A stretch of DNA of 64,000 nt from Auanema rhodensis. Lineage: Eukaryota > Animalia > Nematoda. Within the stretch, counting starts at the first letter, position 1. Each line of letters starts with the position of its first letter. Below, piece by piece: positions 13,701 to 22,700 of the stretch. The notes under the pieces are model-generated. The model was given only the letters and a program-made list of their open reading frames with translations, had not been told where the DNA came from and ran no database searches. The DNA is taken from NCBI GenBank assembly GCA_964057225.1, contig OZ059897.1, forward strand, positions 10,664,001 to 10,728,000, given 5' to 3'. The position numbers and the translations under genes are program-made.

Positions 13701-15244
13701 GGCCCAAGTAGTATAGTGGTTAGTACTCCACGTTGTGGCCGTGGCGACACAGGTTCGATTCCTGTCTTGGGCATTTTTTGTTTTGAAATTTAAATGCTAT
13801 AAACATATTGCTTGCTTGTCATGTTAGATTTCTTCAATTTGAATACTTATTCAAGTTATAACAATTTTTGATTTAATCACGTTCAATTAACTGTATTGTT
13901 TTCAAAAATAAAGACATCTTTCAATTTCTGGTCATTGAATTAGAATTTTCATGTTGTCACACAGAAATTGAAGAATCTTAGTTCATTTCAGTAACAATGA
14001 ACACACTAACTTTGTTAAGTTGTTGTAATATCGGCCCAAGTAGTATAGTGGTTAGTACTCCACGTTGTGGCCGTGGCGACACAGATTCGATTCCTGTCTT
14101 GGGCATTTTTTGTTTTGAAATTAAAGTGCTATAAACATATTGCTTGCTTGTCATTTTAGATTTGTTTAATTCAAATACTTATTTAAGTTCTATCAATTTT
14201 CGATTTAATCACGTTCAATCAACTGTATTGTTTTCAAAAATAAAGACATCTTTCAATTTTTGGTCATTGATTAGAATTTTCATGTTGTCACACAGAAATT
14301 GAAGAATCTTAGTTCATTTCAGTAACAATGAACACACTAACTTTGTTAAGTTGTTGTAATATCGGCCCAAGTAGTATAGTGGTTAGTACTCCACGTTGTG
14401 GCCGTGGCGACACAGGTTCGATTCCTGTCTTGGGCATTTTTTGTTTTGAAATTTAAATGCTATAAACATATTGCTTGCTTGTCATCTTAGATTTCTTCAA
14501 TTTGAATACTTATTCAAGTTATAACAATTTTTGATTTAATCACGTTCAATAAACTGTATTGTTTTCAAAAATAAAGACATCTTTCAATTTCTGGTCATTG
14601 AATTAGAATTTTCATGTTGTCACACAGAAATTGAAGAATCTTAGTTCATTTCAGTAACAATGAACACACTAACTTTGTTAAGTTGTTGTAATATCGGCCC
14701 AAGTAGTATAGTGGTTAGTACTCCACGTTGTGGCCGTGGCGACACAGGTTCGATTCCTGTCTTGGGCATTTTTTGTTTTGAAATTTAAATGCTATAAACA
14801 TATTGCTTGCTTGTCATGTTAGATTTCTTCAATTTGAATACTTATTCAAGTTATAACAATTTTTGATTTAATCACGTTCAATTAACTGTATTGTTTTCAA
14901 AAATAAAGACATCTTTCAATTTCTGGTCATTGAATTAGAATTTTCATGTTGTCACACAGAAATTGAAGAATCTTAGTTCATTTCAGTAACAATGAACACA
15001 CTAACTTTGTTAAGTTGTTGTAATATCGGCCCAAGTAGTATAGTGGTTAGTACTCCACGTTGTGGCCGTGGCGACACAGATTCGATTCCTGTCTTGGGCA
15101 TTTTTTGTTTTGAAATTAAAGTGCTATAAACATATTGCTTGCTTGTCATGTTAGATTTGTTTAATTCAAATACTTATTTAAGTTCTATCAATTTTCGATT
15201 TAATCACGTTCAATCAACTGTATTGTTTTCAAAAATAAAGACAT

Positions 15245-15625
15245 TGTCACATCTGCAAGCACATGGTAAACATGTGCGCGCTATTCAAATAGCGGGAGCC
15301 TGAACAAGCCCCGCCCACAACATGGGACACACATGGCACTCTTGCTTCTGGTCTAACCCAGATAGGTTGTCTTATAGTCATGTGAGTCTCATCTCTTTAT
15401 CATCTATATATATACTCTATTTAATACTTTATTATATCTTTTTATATTCTTTCTTAATGTAATTCTTATATTGTATTTTCTTGTTATCTGATAATGAATC
15501 CTTTTCTCTTTGAGTATTTGTCTTAATAAGGAAATCGGGGCGTTCGGGTCTGCCTACCTAAGGAACAAGGTAGAAGTACATATATCTTCCGACCATGAAA
15601 AGACGGGAAGAAACGATATGTAACG
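15245..15625 (+). repeat. 5' LTR of copy 1 (381 bp, TGTCACA...TGTAACG)
   Basis: Matches the reverse complement of 24842-25222 and 34549-34929; contains a GC box (CCCCGCCC), several CANNTG motifs and a TATATATA run near 15405-15414. Confidence 0.96.
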
Positions 15626-15638
15626 TGGAGGTTCCACC
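15626..15638 (+). promoter_or_regulatory. Primer-binding site, tRNA-Gln
   Basis: TGGAGGTTCCACC directly abuts the LTR and is complementary to the metazoan tRNA-Gln 3' end (...GGUGGAACCU-CCA, recalled sequence). Confidence 0.85.
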
Positions 15639-16777
15639 TTGCTTACTTTACTGTTAATTTATTGACAGCAAGTTTACGAGACTTTTGGACTTAATTACCC
15701 AACAGTGAGGAGTAACCGAGCCGTGCACCATGATTTCCCCAAAAAATATTTTGGCTACCACTTCTCCTCCGCTCAACGAAAACTGGGAGGTGTCTGAGAC
15801 GTTTGGGGAAACTATCAGACAATAGTTTTGACGAGCGTTACCTTTTTGTTATGCACGCGCGTGCTATTTTGATTCATTACTTTATGATGTGAATGTCCAG
15901 TGTGGCAACAGAGCTCACTTTTTAGCTGAGTTGTTTGGAAGCTGGAGGCTGTTGGGATAATTTTATTTACGATTTTTGATTTTGATTCACATCCAAGGGT
16001 TCATCAGGGCTCTACTCCTGTTAACTCTTTTCTTATTAGTTCAGAGATAATAAGAACATTTAAATTCCTACCCACCCAAGTCCACTCTACGTCTGCCAAC
16101 GTTTCCTTTTTCCTATATTATTGACAGATTACTGAATTTAAACTCCTATATCAATCTTAAATTACCATCTAAATCTTTGGAAATTAAATTAAAAATTATC
16201 TTAATTAAGATTTATTTTGAAATTCTTTCTACAAATCTTAATAAACTTTATAAAATTGAACTTAATATACGAGATGAGACATTTTTGTTTACTTTAAGCT
16301 TACTCACATTCAAATAGTTGGCCCACGCGTACCAGCTGTTCGACATGTGTAGTCAATAACAGCTGTTAAAATTCAAAAGTTTTCAAACAGGCTTAAGGCA
16401 CCATCTGTGATTCCTTATTTGTCTCTAAGCTGACATTAGTGATTATAATATTCAAATATCACGACAGACGGTCAATGGTTGTTTACCATAAGCGCTAACA
16501 TCTGGTGTCGTGACACATGGCTGGAGGCGGAGCTTGAAGCTTCAACGACCCTCCTTCATCAGACGCCATTGTCACAAACGTTTTTACTGGAGTCTAGTTG
16601 CTTCCAGTACGCGCTCTTATATTCATCTAACTGTATTCACCAGCCACCCTGTCGGACTCGGACATCAGCGAGGAAAACAAAGATCAGGAACAAGGATCAC
16701 CAGAGGTACGCCAAGTTTTTGAATTTAATTCTAAAAACTTAAATACTCCATCCACCTACCTCTCTCCTATTGAATTT

Positions 16778-19700
16778 TTGAGAGAAGAAGGTGATTCCTC
16801 TTCTTCTTCTCACTCTTCTTCTCTAACAATTAGAACGAGAAGTAAAAGCAGAAAGGCCATCACTGAGGAAACACCTCGGGCACCTACTATAGTACGAAAT
16901 AGATCACCAAGTCGGTGGGCCGCTGCTATAACTAAAGCTTTTGAAAGAAAAATGACTCCTACCTCTCCATCTCCTAATTCTAATGTTGCTCCACCCTCTA
17001 GAAATATGGCAACTATTTTAAATTGCCATCTCTGTCCCAGGTATGACGGCTCTCGTAGCTTTCGTTCTTTTGTTGAATCTTTAAATAGATTTTTTAATGT
17101 TATGAATCTAAGCTTACCTGAGAGACTATTAATTTTGCCTCTTCTTTTGGAATCAAATGAAACAGCTCTCTCCTTGTATAATAGTATTCCTAGTGGCATA
17201 AGAACTAATGGCCCATGGATTGTTTTGATGGATCAGCTCACTGAGCTTTTAGCGCCTAAAACAGATAAAAATTTCACCATAGCGCTTATTCATCGAGTAC
17301 AACAAGGAGATAAATCTGTTCTTGATTTTAGTATGGAATTAGAGAGAATGGCAAGCACCATAATGTCACCAATGGATCCCGAGCGGGAACCAATGTTGAA
17401 AACGGCATTTTTAAATGGTTTAAAAGAGGAGCTGGGTATTGCGGTTTTAACTAAAAACCCCGCCACTTATGAACAAGCTAAGAAATTAGCTAGGTTTGAA
17501 GAAGGCGTTCGAAATAGCTTCATGAAAAGAAATGAAGACACTAGCACCTTGAAGGAGCTCATAAATGCTTTACAGCATAAATTAAGCTTTAGTGAAGAAA
17601 GAGAAAGAAGTAGGAATAATAATAATAATAAAAATTATAAAAATAATAAAAAAAATAATAACTGGACTCAGCACAATAATGGCTCTAATGATTATGAGCG
17701 AGAGAGAGAGCGACCTTCTGCCGTACGTTATTATAATAATAACTCGCAGAACGGGAAAATGAATAGGCGTCCTAACCCGGGAAACCGCCCATTTGCCAAT
17801 GGCAGAAATGCCAATAGTTCGTCTTGGAACCCTAGGCCTAGTTCCCCAAGAAGACAAAGACCATCAGCCAATGGGAATGGTAACTCAAGGGTATACAGCG
17901 TAGCGACCCCATTCATGCCACCGGTCACGTTGTGCCTGACTTTATTGGCACTCTCATGCCTTCCCTTTGGGTCGGCAAAATATCAGATTTGCGCTCAATC
18001 TGAAGGGGGTATATTAGTAACACCTCCTGTGGTCACAGGCTGCCATAAGGCAGAAATTGAAAAGGCTCACAGTGTTGAGGTAGAAATATATCTACCAAAG
18101 GCTGAGATAGAGTCATGGGAAGCATGGAAATGCTATGTGAAAAAGTATAAAAGCTGTGTGAGAGATTTCATGTTTTTGAGAGATCGTAACACCACATTCT
18201 CTCATATTGAAACAGTAGATAAGAAAGATTGTGTTCGAGCACATAGAAATCGTATGTGGAATGATAAAATCATGAATGCCCAACAGCATTCAGTTTTTGA
18301 AACACCATTAAACGAGCATAATCCAACTCGCTCTTGGTCCACCGAAGAATGTGTAGAAATTGAACAATTTGTATTGAAGCGAGGGATAATAACTAGATTG
18401 AAAGAAGATCACATTGTATCAGACTTATTTATAAATACTGATAATTGTAAAGGAAATGAAGGGTTTTGTGCAACTGGTGAAAGTGCAGTTATCTGGCAAC
18501 CACCTATCCCATCAGTTGTCTGTCACTATCAAAAACTTGGCCCCTTCTCCGCCATGTTGGGTGATCATATTCTTCTAGTTCACTCTATTGAAAGCGCTTT
18601 TGTTCTCCAAAATCATTCCACATCCGCTCACGTTCAATCTTGTTTCGAATTCGCTGTTTTTGAATCATCCTCTGAGGCAATTATCCGATTCACAGCATAT
18701 CCCCGTGTTTATAATTTGCTTGATCTTTCCAATACTTTGCTTAATGCTGATAGACGCAGAAATAAACGTAATGCATTACCTCAAAAACATCGCTCTTTCA
18801 GTGATGATTATCTTTTTGTTAATGCGAAATCCCAACCATATGCGTTTCCATTTCTAAGACCTACTTTCATTTTTGGATCTGCATCTATCACTAAGTTTTA
18901 CGCAAAATATATGAGATATGCAGCTACATCATCTTATGAGAGTTTGCTCCAATTCGCGATAGATAATCCACTGTTCATTGACACAATTGTTAGTTTAGGA
19001 TTGACAAAAGATCACATAACTAACTGGGCAAAGTCTAATAATTTCAAAGATCCCAATCTTTTGATTTTACAATGTATGGGTATAGAGGAAATTAAACTGG
19101 CTACTAGACAGATGATTAACAGCATGAAATTGGATGATCTTATCACTCAAGTAGCTCGTCGTATAGAAGTTCCTCGGTTAAAAAGATCTTTGATGAAATC
19201 TACAACATCCATAGAAGATTTCTTTCGAGGAATGGCTCACGCAGTAGTATATCAAGCCACAATTCTTGATGGTACACAAACAGTTCCATCAATCGAACAG
19301 TTGGCAAGAGCCTTATATCCATCTATATTACCACGCAGTGGAAATATGAATCAATCTGAAATTATTGCAACTGCTCAAGGCATGTTATTCATGATCCAAC
19401 AACAATCGGGAAAAGAACAAATATCTCGTGACATGCAAGTCAGTCGACAACAAAAAGCTGATGCTACTGTTAGAAACAACCAAGAGCAAGATTTAGCAAT
19501 TATATCCAAGCTGCCTGACTATCACAACCTTTATACAAAGAATAGTACAGCATATTATGGATTTCCTCCACAGTCCATCGAATACCCACAGGAAAATCCT
19601 AAATTCAATAAAACAGAAGTTTTAGAATTCATAAGTTGGGTTAAAACGCAAATCACAACTGATAAAAATATGGTACAGCATACTACTGTAACCCCAATAA

Positions 19701-22700
19701 CTTCCACCAAAACTACAATTCGTAGTTTAACAACTCCTACCCCTAATGCGTACGAGAGAGGTCGAGAGTTGTATGTAGCAGAAGTATATGACAATGTTCT
19801 CCACAAATCAGAGCATAAAACTAAAACGATAATAGATAATAAGTTGAATTATGGGTTTGAGAAAGCGCGTCTCTCCATAATTGACGAATTTCATCAACAG
19901 TTTCATACCATCTGTAAATCTCAAATGGAAACTGTAAAAAGCTGGCAAGCTATATTACGTATACATCCTACAATAGGAGTAAGAGCTATGCTTCAGCGGG
20001 ATGATATCGTTGCCCGATTTGTTGGAAGAAATGTTTTAAAAATAACAACTTGTCAGGAAATAGAACCACATTTCATTTATCGTAATCATTCTTACAATGA
20101 TAAATGTTATGCAGAGACCCCTGTTTTAACACACAATAAACAATTATTCTTTGCTCCTATCGATAGCTACGATTTGAGCACTGAAGGACATGAGATCAAT
20201 TGTGAACACAAAGAGACAGAGATTTGGTATGAAAATGGAACATGGAGAGATTATAAAGGTGACACACATAAAGTAGATAGTATTCATTCAGAAAAACATG
20301 ATCATTATGCTGAATTGAGTAAACTTCGATTCACAGGGCGGAATTTGTTTGAAAATTCGACTGAAAAATCCTTAGCCCTATCTATTGGATTAACTTATGG
20401 TTATAGTTTATCTACTTCACCTCACCATGATCTTCTCCGCATAATTTCTCGTTCACGTGATTGGCCTCAAATTTCCTCTTTCATCTTGAAAGGAAGTAAA
20501 CTTATAAGAGATGCCAGGAAAATTGTTTTCTCCAATTGGGATCTGTTCATTGACTTTTGTATAGGTTCAATTGAACGAACACTCATTACCATCGGTTGTA
20601 TAACTCTGATATTATGTCTAATGATAGCATTATATTTCACTATAAAATGTTATCTCTCCCCTACTTCTATGTTAAAAATAAACCATATCATGTTGAGCCC
20701 AACAGCTCCACCACTTGAGGGAGATGAGATTCATGAAACAGTTAGTGATGAATTGATGCGGAGCTATTTTCCTACCATCATAACTTACATTCCTTTAGCC
20801 ATACCTTTTGTATGTCACACAACAACAAAGAAAAATGGACACTTGTTACCGTTTGTTCATATTGACATTGAAGGTAGAGGACTGTTAGCATTATGGGATT
20901 CTGGAGCTACTGTCTCATATATTCCGTTCTCCACATTGGCATATATTGGAAGACAATATTTTACAAAATATTCTAAATCTGCATCCACTGCAAATGGATC
21001 AGAGTTTCGCTTTGTGGGAAAATGCAAGTTAGATGTGGGTATAGCAGGTTACCAAGTGGAACACGAATTTTTAATATCTGAAGACAATGACTGTCCAGGA
21101 CAAATGTTACTTGGTACTGATTTTATGCGTACGTTGGAAGAAAGAGAGATATTTACTACATTAAAACTATGTAAAGGAAAGTTGATTGTTGGTAATATGG
21201 AAACACCCTTAGTAAAATCTGGTTGTTTTGCATATAAAACCACAACTAAAACAGTAAATATCATAAGTTTGTCCACAGTAACAGTTCCACCACATAGTAC
21301 CTCCCACATATCTTTGCAAACAGGACCAGAATTAGATTTTGATCAATATGCTCTTTTAAAATCTAGCATAGGTCCTATCTCAATTCCAGATGCCGCCATA
21401 GGACCTTTTCCTATTACTATGGTAGTATCAAACAATTCTTCAAAGCCAATTAAAATTAATAAAAATGACCACATTGGTTCAGGACTTATAGCATCTAAAG
21501 AAATTATGAACGATTATGTTCCACCTGAAGCTGATTGGGAAGATAAGTTACCAACTTTTCCTCAGCATCTTTTGGATGATTTGAACTTCAATTCTTGCAC
21601 TCTGTCCCATAAAATGAAGAAAAATCTGATCACAATCATTAAGGAAAACCAAACGGCATTTTTCAACCATGATCATAATATTGGTCTCTTTTGCGGACCA
21701 GTAGAACATGCCATTCCTATAAGATCCGATATGGATTTCCCAAAAAGTAGATCTTACAGAGTACCATTGGGTAAGCAAGAAGAAGTAGAACGGCAAGTGA
21801 AAGAAATGTTGTCGCAAGGTATAATCGAAAATTCGACGGCTACTTTCACTAGTCCAGTTGTTCTTGTGAAAAAGAAAGATAATTCTTTCCGGTTCGTAAC
21901 TGACTTTAGAGCATTGAATAGTGTTACTAAGAAACAAACATACAGCATCCCACACATTCCTGATATCATAGACTTAGCGGCTGGAGCTCAGTTCTTTTCG
22001 AATTTTGATCTCATTTCTGGTTTCTTCCAAATACCGTTGAAACGCTCAGATAGACACCTAACTGCTTTTACCACTCCATCAGGTACCTATCAGTATTGCC
22101 GAATGCCTATGGGATTGTGTGGAGCGCCACACACTTTTCAATCCGCAGTACGATACTTGCAATCTCTTGTTAGATGCAAACTGTTTGTATATCTAGATGA
22201 TTTGCTAATAATTTCGAACTCAGCTGATGAACATTTAAGAGATATACAAGAAGTGCTGAAAAAGGTCACTGAACTAGGGTTAAAAATTAAGTTATCTAAA
22301 TGTTGCTTTGCAGCCACTGAAGTAAAGTTTTTGGGTTTTATAATAGGTAGAAATGGTGTTAAACCAGATCCTGCTAAAATACAGGCTGTTTCCGAATTTC
22401 CAAATCCAAGCACAGTTACGGCTGTCAGATCCTTTCTAGGTATGACTAACTATTTTCGACGGTTTATTCAAAATTATGCCGGAATAGCTGAGCCATTGTA
22501 TAAGTTAACACATAAGGATACTCCTTTTGAGTGGAAATCGGAACATGCAGACGCATTTAAAACTTTAAAAACATTACTGTGTACTGCCCCTGTACTGAAA
22601 CCTCCTAAAGCAGACCAACCTTTTGTTATAGAAAGTGATGGCAGTATGATCGCTGTGGGAGCAGTTTTATTGCAATCAGCAGAGAAAAATTCTCCATTAC

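Larger units (their letters stand above)
1..15244 (+). repeat. Tandem array of 332-bp tRNA-His(GTG) units, segment A (~46 genes; continues off the left edge)
   Basis: tRNA starts recur at 83, 415, 747 ... 15029 (period 332, with occasional 331/338-bp units); spacers are near-identical. Confidence 0.98.

Noticed and set aside
1-15244. CRISPR-like repeat/spacer appearance
   Set aside because: The spacers are near-identical rather than unique, the repeat is a eukaryotic tRNA gene, and there are no cas genes.
15240-15244. 5-bp TSD interpretation (GACAT; ACTCC)
   Set aside because: It would require different element termini for the two copies; a 4-bp TSD with TG...CG ends fits both.
15245-15251. 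LTR start TGTCACA also occurs in the array spacer
   Set aside because: Only a 7-bp match, and neither insertion is at that spacer position.
16479-16742. Upstream ORFs in the leader (also 33434-33697) as accessory genes or a spliced first exon
   Set aside because: Non-ATG starts and no recognisable motifs; the possible splice to the main ORF uses a weak acceptor and still supplies no ATG.
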